A DNA stretch of 62,436 nt, filler included, from Anaerolineae bacterium (GTDB taxonomy: Bacteria > Chloroflexota > Anaerolineae > Epilineales > Epilineaceae), in assembly GCA_029262755.1 (NCBI GenBank). It is 8 parts of 8 records of this genome, joined end to end, with 100 filler letters (N's around TTAATTAATTAA, not from the genome) between each part and the next. Parts side by side here need not be neighbours in the genome. Positions count along the whole stretch, not along the records: positions 1 to 12,651 come from JAJCYU010000009.1; 7 more parts are not named here. The stretch is one strand, 5' to 3'. The notes beneath the pieces are model-generated. The model did not search any database, was not told the origin of the DNA, and saw only the letters and a list, made by a program, of their open reading frames with translations. This document shows, in pieces, positions 1 through 9,720 of this stretch; position 1 is the stretch's first letter, and each line of letters opens with the position of its first letter. Position numbers and translations under genes: made by a program.

Positions 1-1458
1 GGTGAGCGCGTCGAGACGCCGCCAAGCGCCGTAGGTGCGCGCTATGAGCAACACCGACGCGAGGGCGCCCAAGCCAAGCGCGAGCCACGGGAGCCACGAA
101 GGCGCGCCGGCGAGCGCACCGTTGCGCAGCCACACACCCGATCCCAGGCCGGCCGCCGCGAGTGCGCCAAGGCTGCCGAGCTGCACCTGCGCGCTACGGC
201 GCACGCCGGCGCGCGCGCCTTCGCGCTCTGCGATACGCGGCGCAGGGTCGGCGACGGCGGCAAGTCCCGTCTGCGCCGCTTGCCACTCGACGAGCGCGGC
301 ACGGACCTCGAAGGCGGTCAGGTCGGCCTGGCTTTCTTCCAGCGCGCCTTCGGCATCGCGCTCTTTGCCGCGTGCTTCGACCAGCGCGCGCCGGGTGTCG
401 TTCAGCTGTTCGCGCAGCGTGGCCAGCTCCGCGAGCCGTGCTTCCGCGGCCTGCGCTTCGCCCGCTCGCATACCGCGTTCCTCGACGAGCCGCGTGAGGC
501 AGGCTAGCCGGTCGCGCACTCGCTTCAAGGCCCGTCCGCGCGCGGTGATGCGTGGGACCTCCGCCACCGCCGCATCCGCGGCCGCCACGTCGCGTTGTAC
601 GGCCACCGCGGTCTCGTCCGCCTCCGCCGCCCGCTCCAACGCGGTGCGGGCATCGGCGATGAAGCGCAGCGCATCCGCCGCCGCGGACGCCGCGTGGGCG
701 CGACCTTCCAGAGACGCGGCAGCGGCCGCGGCGCTCGCGGCTTGCGCGGTGAGGGCGTCGAGGGCGGCCCGTTCGTCGCGCGCAGCGCGAAGCGCGTCGC
801 GCGCAGAACCACGCGCCACGCTCTTTGCGGCGACGCGCCAAGCCGACTCGAGCTGCGGCAGCTGGGCCTGGATACGCGCCAGGTCACGTCGGCCTTCCAG
901 CCGTTCGCGGTTGAGATCGTCGTCCCGCGTAACGCGCAATTCGTCGGCCAGATCTTGGAGTCGGTCCAGGTTCAGCAACTTCAGCAGGCTGCGCTCGCGA
1001 TCGCGCAGGCTCATGCCCTCCAGCTTGTCGAGCTTCTTCTGCTCCACGAAGCAGGTGTCGAGCATGGCGTCTGCGTCGAAGCCCAGCTCGGCCTCGATGC
1101 GGTCCGCAATCACGGATCCGCCGCGCAGCTCCTCCACGGCACCATCGGGCCCGACGATGTCCAACGCGTACACGCTGCGTGTGCGCCGCAAACGACGGGA
1201 GACATGCAATGCGCGTCCGTCAGCAAGGCCTACCTCGAGCCGCAGGTAGGCTTCCTCGGCGCCGTGGCGGATGCACTCGTCCAGCCGCTTGCCGTCCAGC
1301 GGACGGCCGAAGAGCGCCACAAACACGGCCTCGAACAGGGTCGACTTGCCCGCCTCGTTGGATCCCTGCACCAAAAAGGTGCCCGTGCGCGGAAAGCGCA
1401 GGTCCACGGCGTGCAGCTGCTTGAAGTCGTTGGCGCGCAGGCGCCGCAGGTGGATCAT
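1..1458 (-). CDS. SbcC/Rad50-like SMC-family ATPase, N-terminal part (runs off window start)
   Basis: Absent from the ORF track because it has no stop in the window. My translation from ATG 1458: MIHLRRLRANDFKQLHAVDLRFPRTGTFLVQGSNEAGKSTLFEAVFVALFG (Walker A GSNEAGKS), followed by Ala/Arg/Glu-rich coiled coil. Confidence 0.85.
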   Translation of the reverse strand, partial: MIHLRRLRANDFKQLHAVDLRFPRTGTFLVQGSNEAGKSTLFEAVFVALFGRPLDGKRLDECIRHGAEEAYLRLEVGLADGRALHVSRRLRRTRSVYALDIVGPDGAVEELRGGSVIADRIEAELGFDADAMLDTCFVEQKKLDKLEGMSLRDRERSLLKLLNLDRLQDLADELRVTRDDDLNRERLEGRRDLARIQAQLPQLESAWRVAAKSVARGSARDALRAARDERAALDALTAQAASAAAAAASLEGRAHAASAAADALRFIADARTALERAAEADETAVAVQRDVAAADAAVAEVPRITARGRALKRVRDRLACLTRLVEERGMRAGEAQAAEARLAELATLREQLNDTRRALVEARGKERDAEGALEESQADLTAFEVRAALVEWQAAQTGLAAVADPAPRIAEREGARAGVRRSAQVQLGSLGALAAAGLGSGVWLRNGALAGAPSWLPWLALGLGALASVLLIARTYGAWRRLDALT

Positions 1459-1513
1459 GTGGGCAGGATACCGTAGAACGGATGGGCGAGAAAACGCGGT
1501 GCGGGGGAACACG

Positions 1514-1567
1514 GATGCGGTCGCGGATGCGGTCGCGGATGCGGATGCGGTCGCGGATGCGGTCGCG
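1514..1567. repeat. Short tandem repeat of GATGCGGTCGCG (4 copies plus one half unit) between selA and the sbcC-like gene
   Basis: Sequence reads gatgcggtcgcg gatgcggtcgcg gatgcg gatgcggtcgcg gatgcggtcgcg. Confidence 0.85.
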
Positions 1568-1603
1568 GGTAATCTCGCTGGACGACGAACACGTCCTCGT
1601 TTG

Positions 1604-3331
1604 CTAGCGAGACACGTCGCCTCGCAGCAGCCCGATCAACGCGCGGACGAGGGCTTCGTCCTCGCCGCCTAGGCCTGCGCCCAAGGCCCCAGGCACGACA
1701 GGGGCAGCGCTCTCGCTCATAGGCTTCGTTGCGAGATCGCCGCCGTGCTCCGAATCGACTCCTGCCTCGTGTTCCGCGGCATTCGCAGCGTCATCCGACA
1801 CCGTCACGCCGTGCGCGGTCCCAGGCGCTACGGTGCGCGGATCCAGCACCAGCATGCCATCCGCGACGCGGCATACGACCGGCGGGTCCGCCCGTCGCAG
1901 CGCGGCGGCCGCGGCGTCCGCATGGGCGACGGCGACGCGCAGGACGCGCGTTGGCAGCGCTTCGCCCGGCAGCGAGCCGCCGCCGGCGGCCGACATCGCG
2001 TCGTCGATCGTCATGGCCGGCGCGTCCGCGCCGAGGGCGTCGCGGACGGCCGCGCGCCAGGCCTCGGCTCGCCGGCCCAAGGTGTCCGGGCGGGCCGCGA
2101 TCATCCGCCACACGGGGACGCGCGAAAGCGCCTCGCCGCGGAGATAGTGGTCCAAGGTCGCCGCTAGACCGGCCAAGGTGCTCTTGTCGGGGCGGAGCGC
2201 GCGGGTCAATGGGTGGCGCCGCAATGTCTCGACCGCCGCCGCTCGCCCGACGATCAGACCGGCTTGGGGGCCGCCGAGCAGCTTGTCGCCGCTGAAGGTC
2301 ACGAGGTCGGCGCCGGCGGCGATCGAATCTTGGACGAGGGGTTCGGCCGCGAGGCCGTGGTCCTCCGTGCGCAGGAGGCTGCCGCTGCCCAGATCGTCGA
2401 CCACAGGCAGGCCGTGCCGCGCTCCAATGGCGACCATCTCCTCCAAGGGCACCTCGTGCGTGAAGCCGATCATCCGGTAGTTGCTCGTATGCACGCGCAG
2501 CAGCAGCGCCACGTCTTCGTCGATGGCCTGCTCGTAGTCACGGCCGTGCGTTCGGTTCGTCGTGCCGACCTCGACAAGCCGTGCGCCGCCCGCTTCCATG
2601 ACGTCCGGAATCCGGTACCCGCCGCCGATCTCCACCAACTGGCCGCGCGAAACGATCACGCCGCGCCCCTTCGCCAGCGCCGACAGCACCAACATCGTCG
2701 CGCCGGCGTTGTTGTTGACGACCAGGGCCGCTTCGGCGCCCGTCAAGCGGCGCAGCCGGTCCACGAGCAGGTCGTGGCGCGAGCCGCGCTCGCCGGCGTC
2801 GAGTTCGTACTCCAGGTCGGAGTAGCCGGCTGCGGCGACCGCCATGGCGGCGGCCGTCGCTTCGCTGACCGGCGCACGGCCCAGGTTCGTGTGCAGGATG
2901 ACGCCCGTCGCGTTGATCACGCGCGTCGGCCGCGGTTTCAGCCAGCCGGCCAAGCGATCGCGCACGGCCGCGGCCAAGGCGTCGTCGCCGGTGGCGGTAG
3001 CAGCGGCGGCGACATCGTCCGTCGCGCGACCGGAGTCGGTCGTTCGACTGTTTTCTGTCGTTCGACCGGTGTCTGTCGCACGACCGTTCGAGGTGCTCGC
3101 GGACTCGGTTGCGCCGGCCGACGCAGGACCGGTGTCCTCGGCGCTCGTCGACGATTGGGCGGCCGCGAGCAGCGCCGCGCGTGCGTCGTCGAGCACGCCG
3201 CGGGCGGCGGCCACGGTCTGCTCGCGTCCGGCGCGCTCGGCCAGCGGCGCGACGAGCGGATGCTCGACCAAAACGTGTACGGCGGGCAGCCGGCGTAGCG
3301 CCGCGGCGGGACTGACCGGACTAGGGGACAT
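1604..3331 (-). CDS. selA: L-seryl-tRNA(Sec) selenium transferase
   Basis: Motifs RVINATGVILHTNLGRA, VVNNNAGA, SRGQLVEIGGGYRIPDVM, EVGTTNRT and FSGDKLLGGPQAG (PLP Lys). Start set at MSPSPVSP, which overlaps the sortase stop. Confidence 0.95.
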   Translation of the reverse strand: MSPSPVSPAAALRRLPAVHVLVEHPLVAPLAERAGREQTVAAARGVLDDARAALLAAAQSSTSAEDTGPASAGATESASTSNGRATDTGRTTENSRTTDSGRATDDVAAAATATGDDALAAAVRDRLAGWLKPRPTRVINATGVILHTNLGRAPVSEATAAAMAVAAAGYSDLEYELDAGERGSRHDLLVDRLRRLTGAEAALVVNNNAGATMLVLSALAKGRGVIVSRGQLVEIGGGYRIPDVMEAGGARLVEVGTTNRTHGRDYEQAIDEDVALLLRVHTSNYRMIGFTHEVPLEEMVAIGARHGLPVVDDLGSGSLLRTEDHGLAAEPLVQDSIAAGADLVTFSGDKLLGGPQAGLIVGRAAAVETLRRHPLTRALRPDKSTLAGLAATLDHYLRGEALSRVPVWRMIAARPDTLGRRAEAWRAAVRDALGADAPAMTIDDAMSAAGGGSLPGEALPTRVLRVAVAHADAAAAALRRADPPVVCRVADGMLVLDPRTVAPGTAHGVTVSDDAANAAEHEAGVDSEHGGDLATKPMSESAAPVVPGALGAGLGGEDEALVRALIGLLRGDVSR

Positions 3332-4463
3332 CGGGCACGTCCTCGGGGGCGGCGGCCACCGGGCCGACGGGGCGAGCGATGACGATCGTACGGTGCGAGT
3401 TGCCCCACGGTGGCCAACACGTGACCAGGGTAAGGCGCTCATCGGGCGTGTCGTCGATCCAGCGTCCGTTCTCCAGACGCTCTTCTTCGCTCGCGCCCTG
3501 CTCTTGCACGATGAAGTTGGTCCAGACTTCGTACTCGCGTCCGACGTCGTCGGCGTAAAGGTAGACGCGGTCGCCGGGCTCCAGCTCGTGCAATCGGCCA
3601 AAGACCGCGCCGTCGATGTTGTTGTGGCCGCTGACGACGGTGTTGCCCGGGAGCCCGATCGTGGCGGAGCCCTTGTGGAAGCCGGCGGCGTACTCGGCCG
3701 TCTCCCACACGTTGGTCAGGGTCTCGTTGTCCACCAGCGCCTGCTCCCAGCCGATCTCGACCACACGCCGATCGAGCTTCAGCGACGGGATGACGATCCG
3801 CTCCGGCTGCGTACCCTGCGTGGCTCGCACGGTGGGCGCGGCCCCGACCCGGTCGGTGGCGATTGCGACGGCAGCGATCTTGGTCGCAGCGGCCACGGTC
3901 GTGCTCGGGCTCGGCGGCGCGGCCGCAATGGCCGTGCGGCGGGCGGCGGCCGCTGCGCTCGCCGTACCGGTGGCGGCGGCCGCGCGGAAGGCCGCGACCG
4001 TCGCGGACACGGGATCCACCGTCGGCGTGACCGTGGGGCTGGGGCCCGCGGTGCGCAGCGCGGATACCGTCGCGGCGACGGGATCGATCGTGGGCGCGGC
4101 AAGCACGGACGCGGACGCGAATCCAGGCGGAAGCGGCGTTGGGGTCGCGATGGCCGCGATTCCGTTCACCGCTGCGGGATCCGCGGTGGCCGCGGAGCTC
4201 TGGGCGACTTCGGGGGCGACGCTATCCGCCGACGTCGTGCCGGCCGGCAGCTCAGCATCGCCTGCTCGGTCCTCTGCCCTTGTATTCGGCGCAAGGGCCA
4301 CCAGGCTCGCGTCGAAGGCCGGCGGCTGCGCTTGACGTGCCGTGCGCGTGACGCGCACGTAGCGCGTGGCCTGCACGACGCCACCGACGACGAGCAGGCC
4401 AAGTCCAAAGATCATGATCAGGGTGCCGAATCGGGCGAAAGCCCGATGGATCAGGGCGCGCAT
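3321..4463 (-). CDS. Sortase with N-terminal TM anchor and long Ala/Thr/Pro linker
   Basis: GNTVVSGHNN (His), LTLVTCWP (Cys) and HRTIVIAR (Arg) form the catalytic triad pattern; N-terminal hydrophobic helix. Confidence 0.92.
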   Translation of the reverse strand: MRALIHRAFARFGTLIMIFGLGLLVVGGVVQATRYVRVTRTARQAQPPAFDASLVALAPNTRAEDRAGDAELPAGTTSADSVAPEVAQSSAATADPAAVNGIAAIATPTPLPPGFASASVLAAPTIDPVAATVSALRTAGPSPTVTPTVDPVSATVAAFRAAAATGTASAAAAARRTAIAAAPPSPSTTVAAATKIAAVAIATDRVGAAPTVRATQGTQPERIVIPSLKLDRRVVEIGWEQALVDNETLTNVWETAEYAAGFHKGSATIGLPGNTVVSGHNNIDGAVFGRLHELEPGDRVYLYADDVGREYEVWTNFIVQEQGASEEERLENGRWIDDTPDERLTLVTCWPPWGNSHRTIVIARPVGPVAAAPEDVPDVP

Positions 4464-4527
4464 ACGCCACAGGATAGCAGCGGACCTGCGCCGGCCTCGC
4501 GCCCTGCGCCGATGGCCATACGCACGA

Positions 4528-5529
4528 TCAGAGTGGCTTGCGCTTCGGCGTGCCGGCCTTGCGCGGATAGCCGCGCGGCGTCTTGCGCCGCTTTTCGACT
4601 ACGACCAGGACGCGCTCACGGTCGAGACCTGGCAGGGTATAGCGGTGGCGGCGCGTGACCTTGCCGCCCAGCACGCTGAGCGCGCTTTGGGCCGCGGCCA
4701 CCTCGTCGTCCGCGCTCTCGCCCTTCCAGGCGACAAGCCTGCCGCCCACCCGCGCGAAGGGCAGGGTCAGCTCGAGCAACGTGGGCAAACCCGCGACGGC
4801 GCGCGCCACCACGATGTCGTAGCGGGCACGATGCTCCTTCTCGTTGGCCGCGTCCTCGGCCCGGGCATGCACGCCCGTGACGTTCTCCAACTCCAACACG
4901 CGCGCGACGTGCTCGAGCCAGGTGACCACCTTGGCCCGGGCATCGAGAAGCGTCACGTTCCACTTCGGATGCGCGATGGCCAGCGCAAGACCCGGGAAGC
5001 CCGCGCCGCTGCCGACGTCGAGCACGCGCGGCTGGCCGCCGTCGCCGGATGCGACTCCGTCCATCATCCGCAGGCCGAGCAGCGAATCGACGATGTGCTG
5101 GATCGCGATCTCGTCCGGTTGGGTGAGTCGGGTGATGTTCATCTTCGCGTTGATCACCACGAGCTCCGCGGCGAGGCGCTCGTATCTGGCCACGGCCGCC
5201 TCGTCCAAGGCGATGCCGAGCCGCTCGCCGACACCGCGCAACACGGTCGTGTTCAGCGCGCAGAGCGTGGCCGGATCGATTTCGGGTTCGGATGGGTTCT
5301 CGGCATCTGAGGCCTGTGGATCGGCGCTCGCCGTCGAATCAACCGGTTCCATGCGTTCAGCTAGCTCCGTGCGTTCAACGGGCTCCGTGTGCGCGGCGGT
5401 CTCCGCGCTCACGGCGTCCGATTTCTCCGAGCTCGTGGCGTCCGAATCGGACCCCGTGCTCTCGACTTCCGCACCGGGCTCCGCCGATGGTGGTCCGGTA
5501 TCCTCGTCCGCCGAATCGTGCTCGCTCAC
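4528..5529 (-). CDS. rsmG: 16S rRNA m7G527 methyltransferase with acidic N-terminal extension
   Basis: [35 protein letters not shown], and C-terminal [12 protein letters not shown]. Confidence 0.93.
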   Translation of the reverse strand: MSEHDSADEDTGPPSAEPGAEVESTGSDSDATSSEKSDAVSAETAAHTEPVERTELAERMEPVDSTASADPQASDAENPSEPEIDPATLCALNTTVLRGVGERLGIALDEAAVARYERLAAELVVINAKMNITRLTQPDEIAIQHIVDSLLGLRMMDGVASGDGGQPRVLDVGSGAGFPGLALAIAHPKWNVTLLDARAKVVTWLEHVARVLELENVTGVHARAEDAANEKEHRARYDIVVARAVAGLPTLLELTLPFARVGGRLVAWKGESADDEVAAAQSALSVLGGKVTRRHRYTLPGLDRERVLVVVEKRRKTPRGYPRKAGTPKRKPL

Positions 5530-5613
5530 GGTCGCTCCCCGCGCGTGGCGCGACTATCATGCCGCGCGATGGATCTTGCTCGCGTCGATTGTAGCCCACG
5601 AGGACGACGACCC

Positions 5614-6930
5614 ATGGCCCTCGAAGCCGCCGCTACCCCGCCAAGCGCCCCTGCCGCGACGCCAAGCGACGCCGACGCCTCCGTCGGCCTAACGCTGTCG
5701 CGTGATCTGGCCACCGTAGATCCGGCGATCGCGCGCATCATCCAACGCGAGGAGCGCCGTCAGCGCCTCGGCATCGAGTTGATCGCGTCGGAGAACTACG
5801 CCAGCGCCGCCGTGCGCGAGGCAACGGGCTCGGTGTTGACCAACAAATACGCCGAAGGGCTGCCCGGCCGCCGCTACTACGGCGGCTGCGAGCACATCGA
5901 CGAAGCGGAGGAGCTCGCGCGGGATCGCGTGAAGGCACTCTTTGGCGCCGAGCACGCCAACGTGCAACCGCACTCGGGCTCTTCAGCCAACATGGCCGCC
6001 TACCGGGCCCTGCTGAAGCCGGGTGATCGGATCCTGGCCATGCGCCTGGACCAGGGCGGCCACCTCACCCACGGCAGCCCGGTGAACTTCAGCGGCGCCG
6101 ACTACGAGGTCGTGGCCTACGGCGTGGACCCTGAGACGGAACTCATCAACTACGACGAGCTCGCCGCGCAGGCGCGCGAGCATCGGCCGAAGATGATCCT
6201 GGGCGGCGCAACCGCCTATCCGCGCGCCATCGACTTCAACCGTATGGCCGAGATCGCCGAAGAAGTCGGTGCCGCGCTGCTGGTGGACATGGCCCATATC
6301 GCGGGCCTCGTCGCGGTGGGCTTGCATCCCGACCCTGTGCCTGTGTCCGACATCGTCACCTCTACCACGCACAAAACTCTGCGCGGTCCACGCGGTGGGA
6401 TCATCCTCGGCAAAGAACGACACGCCAAGGCGATCGACAAAAAAGTCTTCCCCCACCTGCAGGGCGGGCCACTCGAGCACGTCGTGGCCGCCAAGGCCGT
6501 GGCCTTCCACGAGGCGGCCCAGCCGGGATTCCGGATCTACCAGCAGCGCATCTTGGACAACGCCAAGGCGCTCGCGGAGATCCTCGTCTCGCGCGGTTTC
6601 CGGCTCGTGTCCGGCGGCACGGACAACCACCTGCTGCTGGTCGATCTGCGGCCCAAGGGCGTCACGGGCAAGTTCGCGGAGAAGGTACTCGATCGCGCAG
6701 GCCTGACCACCAACAAGAACACGATCCCCTTCGATCCCGAGAGCCCCTTCGTCACGAGCGGCCTACGCCTCGGCACGCCCGCCGTGACCTCGCGCGGCTT
6801 CGGCCTCGCGGAGATGGAACGGATCGGCGTGTGGATCGACGAGGTCCTGTCCAACGCGGAAGACGAGGCCGTCATCGAGCGCGTGCGCGCCGAGGTGGCC
6901 GATATGGCGGGCTCGTTCCCGGTTCCGTAG
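5614..6930 (+). CDS. glyA: Serine hydroxymethyltransferase
   Basis: [60 protein letters not shown]. Confidence 0.97.
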   Translation: MALEAAATPPSAPAATPSDADASVGLTLSRDLATVDPAIARIIQREERRQRLGIELIASENYASAAVREATGSVLTNKYAEGLPGRRYYGGCEHIDEAEELARDRVKALFGAEHANVQPHSGSSANMAAYRALLKPGDRILAMRLDQGGHLTHGSPVNFSGADYEVVAYGVDPETELINYDELAAQAREHRPKMILGGATAYPRAIDFNRMAEIAEEVGAALLVDMAHIAGLVAVGLHPDPVPVSDIVTSTTHKTLRGPRGGIILGKERHAKAIDKKVFPHLQGGPLEHVVAAKAVAFHEAAQPGFRIYQQRILDNAKALAEILVSRGFRLVSGGTDNHLLLVDLRPKGVTGKFAEKVLDRAGLTTNKNTIPFDPESPFVTSGLRLGTPAVTSRGFGLAEMERIGVWIDEVLSNAEDEAVIERVRAEVADMAGSFPVP

Positions 6931-6978
6931 GGGATTGCGGATCGTCTACGACGTGGGTGTGCGACCGAGTACGGAGCA

Positions 6979-7395
6979 TCATCCTGGGTTCGTGACGGCA
7001 AGGCCCAGGATTGCAGCGGCGTCCGCCATGCGCTGGTCGTAGGTGATGACCTCGTCCAGCTCGTTCTCTAGTACGAGTGCTGCTGTGAGGTGAATCGCAT
7101 CGAGGCTCCGCAGCGAGAGCGGGTCCAGTGTTGCGGCCGCGTCGAGCATCGAGTTATCCATGTCCAGAAGGCGAATGCTCCCGAGGACCCTTTCGGCCCG
7201 AGCCACGTGCGCTACGCCATGCCGACGAACCGCTCGAACTACCTCGACCCGCGCAAGAGCGCTTGACACGAGGACGCGCGGGGCTCGCACGTACGCCATG
7301 AGCGCGTCCGACTCCACCTCCGCAACAACAAGTTTCACAATGGCCGATGAGTCGAGGTAGATCGCTCGGCGCGCGTTTGCGGCGTCAGCGCTCAT
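6979..7395 (-). CDS. vapC: VapC-type PIN-domain toxin
   Basis: IYLDSSAIVKL, LRSLDAIHL, ITYDQRM; overlaps the antitoxin gene. Confidence 0.9.
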   Translation of the reverse strand: MSADAANARRAIYLDSSAIVKLVVAEVESDALMAYVRAPRVLVSSALARVEVVRAVRRHGVAHVARAERVLGSIRLLDMDNSMLDAAATLDPLSLRSLDAIHLTAALVLENELDEVITYDQRMADAAAILGLAVTNPG

Positions 7396-7660
7396 CTTCA
7401 CGCATCTCGCGGAGGATCTGGGACGGTGAGGGAAGGCCCTCCGTTGGGGCAAGAGGCGGTCCCAATTCGAAGAGATTGCCCGCCGCTTCAGACAAGCGTC
7501 CTTCTTGCGTGAGTCGCTCGATAACACCAGATTCGGGAATCGGCACCAACAACGCTACAGGGCGCCCGCGATCCGTCACCTTGATCGTGTTCCCGCGCCG
7601 CACGCGATCGATGTACTTGCTCGCATGCTGCCGAAGCTCGCGAATACCGATAATATCCAT
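7385..7660 (-). CDS. Phd/YefM-family antitoxin
   Basis: IGIRELRQHASKYIDRVRRGNTIKVTDRGRPVALLVP, directly upstream of the PIN toxin. Confidence 0.9.
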   Translation of the reverse strand: MDIIGIRELRQHASKYIDRVRRGNTIKVTDRGRPVALLVPIPESGVIERLTQEGRLSEAAGNLFELGPPLAPTEGLPSPSQILREMREDER

Positions 7661-7676
7661 GTGCTATTTGTAGCAC
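7661..7676. promoter_or_regulatory. Palindromic operator GTGCTA-N4-TAGCAC, probable TA autoregulation site
   Basis: Perfect 6-bp inverted repeat abutting the antitoxin ATG. Confidence 0.6.
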
Positions 7677-7709
7677 TTGGGCGAGACCGTTTCAATTCGA
7701 CGGTACTGG

Positions 7710-8384
7710 TTAATGGTGGCCCTCCTTGGCATCCCGCTCAAACCGCACGATCCGGGCCTCGACTTCGGCCACGATCCCACGGATGGACGCCATGTCCTCT
7801 TCACCGACGAAACCGGCCAGCACTTCGAGAAGCGCTGCCATGTCCGGTCGGTAGGCCTGCATCAACGTGGCGACGTCGTTCTCGTAGAGTCCGACGCGCG
7901 CGAAATTGCCCTGACGGTAGAGTGGCGGCAGAGCATATAGCTTGAGCAGCAGCAGACCCTCTACCGTCGCGCAGTGTGCCTCCCGCTCCATGAAGGAGCG
8001 GGTCACGGTGTGCTGTTTGCGCACATGCTCGAAGAGCGGATCGGCCGTGAGCAGCACGTCGACCTGGAGCGCCCCGAAGCGGCTGCGGACGAAGGCGCCA
8101 TCGTGTCCCTGGCGCCGAAGTTCGGGCAGGCGGTCGAGATCCGCCAGAGCCATGATGAGATCCACGTCCGCCGTGTTGCGGCCCTCTACGTACTGCAAGA
8201 GCGCGAGGCCTCCCACCACGAGGTAATCGACCTCGCGCTCGTGCAATAGGGCGAGCAGACGCCCGGCCGCCGGTAGCAACGCTTCTGCTGCCATGCGTTC
8301 CTCCAAAGGTCGTTTGGGATCGCCAAAGACGGCGTCACGCAGAATGCGACCGGCATGGATGCCGGTTCGCGTCTCGGATTTCAT
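7710..8384 (-). CDS. Nucleotidyltransferase-like (MNT/AbiEii-like fold) protein
   Basis: YLVVGGLAL...GRNTADVDL matches the GG...RxTxDxD motif; LLLLKLYA. Start uncertain (8384 or 8411). Confidence 0.6.
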   Translation of the reverse strand: MKSETRTGIHAGRILRDAVFGDPKRPLEERMAAEALLPAAGRLLALLHEREVDYLVVGGLALLQYVEGRNTADVDLIMALADLDRLPELRRQGHDGAFVRSRFGALQVDVLLTADPLFEHVRKQHTVTRSFMEREAHCATVEGLLLLKLYALPPLYRQGNFARVGLYENDVATLMQAYRPDMAALLEVLAGFVGEEDMASIRGIVAEVEARIVRFERDAKEGHH

Positions 8385-8444
8385 GCTCGCCTGGGGCATC
8401 GTGCTTCCCACATTCGCTTGGCTGTCTGCTCGACTAGGATCCGC

Positions 8445-8918
8445 CTACTCCACCGTGATGGTCACTTCCTCGTGAACCGGTGGATCGAGCGTGATGTGGC
8501 CGCCGTCGGCGACGACCGCGAGCAAGGTGTGTTCGCCCGGCGTCAGCTCGACGTCCTTGCAGCCGGAGCCGTCGCCCAGATGCACGTAGCGCGGCTCGAC
8601 GTCCTTGGGGATCGGGTTGCCGGCGGTGGTGAACATCGTGAGCTCGTCATCGGTGGGGTCGATGATCACATGATGGTGGCCGGAGCCTTCGTGGATCTCG
8701 CCGGAGGCCTCGATCGTGACGCCGGAAGCCTCGAAACACATGTTGACGGGGCTGGCCACGGAGTCGCCGTCGGCGAGGTTGGAGAAGGTCACGACGGGCG
8801 CGTCCATGGCATCGCCGGCATCGTCGGACGACGCGCAGGCGGCCAGGCCGAAGCCGGCGAACAGCGTGGTGCAGACCAGGAGCAGGCGGCGGGTGGAACG
8901 GAGAATGGAACGGTTCAT
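8445..8918 (-). CDS. DUF4399-family lipoprotein
   Basis: Lipobox LAAC, GHHHVIID, HLGDGS, LTPGEHTL; AGGAG RBS upstream. Confidence 0.8.
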   Translation of the reverse strand: MNRSILRSTRRLLLVCTTLFAGFGLAACASSDDAGDAMDAPVVTFSNLADGDSVASPVNMCFEASGVTIEASGEIHEGSGHHHVIIDPTDDELTMFTTAGNPIPKDVEPRYVHLGDGSGCKDVELTPGEHTLLAVVADGGHITLDPPVHEEVTITVE

Positions 8919-9024
8919 GGGGCACTCCTTCCTTCGGGTTCGCGAACGATTTCGCATCGGCGATTATAGGCCCTCAACCGCTTGCCAGCACGGAGCGTGC
9001 ATGGTATTCTCCGCGCTTCTTCAA

Positions 9025-9098
9025 GGGCGGTTAGCTCAGCTGGCTAGAGCGCCACGTTGACATCGTGGAGGTCACAAGTTCAAGTCTTGTACCGCCCA
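9025..9098 (+). tRNA. tRNA-Val(GAC), CCA not encoded
   Basis: Acceptor stem GGGCGGT/ACCGCCC, D arm TAGCTCAGCTGGCTAGAGC, anticodon arm CCACG-TTGACAT-CGTGG, T loop GTTCAAGTC. Confidence 0.96.
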
Positions 9099-9311
9099 CT
9101 AACACGTCGTCCAGCTTGTAGATGCGGCTACTGAGGGAGCCGATGTGCCACAGCAGTGCTTCGATGAGACGAGGGAATAGCAGCGCTATTGCCGACGAGC
9201 AGCGGGCCGCAGGCGCGAGTGCAGTGGTTGCTAAGCTTGTAGATACAGGCTTGACGAAGTGCCAGCAGCATGCAGGATCGTAGCATCCGGACCATAACTG
9301 AATCTACACCG

Positions 9312-9627
9312 GCAACGACGAGGACATACGGGCCCGCAACGGGCGCCAGAGAGGGAGGGTCGTAGGCTGAGAGCCCTCCTCGCCACGAACGGACACCGCA
9401 CCCCCTCCGAGCCGACGACCGAACGATTCTGCGCCGGCCAGCACGCCGCATGATCTAGTAGGCTCGCCCGGGTGGCGCCGTTATCCGCCGCCGACAAGGA
9501 TTCAACGGTCCACGTCTCGAACGCACGTCACATCGCACGTTGCTTGTGTTCGGGTTCGCGGCCGGGAATCAGAAGACGGGTGGAACCGCGAGCAACCCTC
9601 GCCCCGTACACGGGCGGGGGCTTTTTG
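9312..9627 (+). ncRNA. T-box riboswitch (Thr) with terminator upstream of thrS
   Basis: Stem I AG box (CAGAGAG) and GGCTGAGA; ACC Thr specifier candidate near 9395-9402; stem II AGTA; T-box AAGACGGGTGGAACCGCG at about 9573-9590; GC hairpin followed by TTTTT at 9596-9626. Confidence 0.88.
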
Positions 9628-9720
9628 CGTCTACCCACCGTAGCGGCCGGAATCGTCCGGTCGCCGCAATCCCGAGACGAGCCAACGTGGCTTGTCCGAC
9701 CGCATCCTGGGAGGTGCGAC

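Noticed and set aside
35..1476. Long plus-strand ORFs (404 aa and 293 aa)
   Set aside because: Antisense shadows of the minus-strand SbcC-like gene; high GC yields long spurious ORFs.
1514..1567. 12-bp tandem repeat as a functional element
   Set aside because: Looks like a simple slippage repeat; there is no evidence for function.
2844..4658. 604-aa plus-strand ORF and similar long antisense ORFs (10741-12138, 29346-31232, 22877-24274)
   Set aside because: They lie opposite well-supported genes and carry no motifs.
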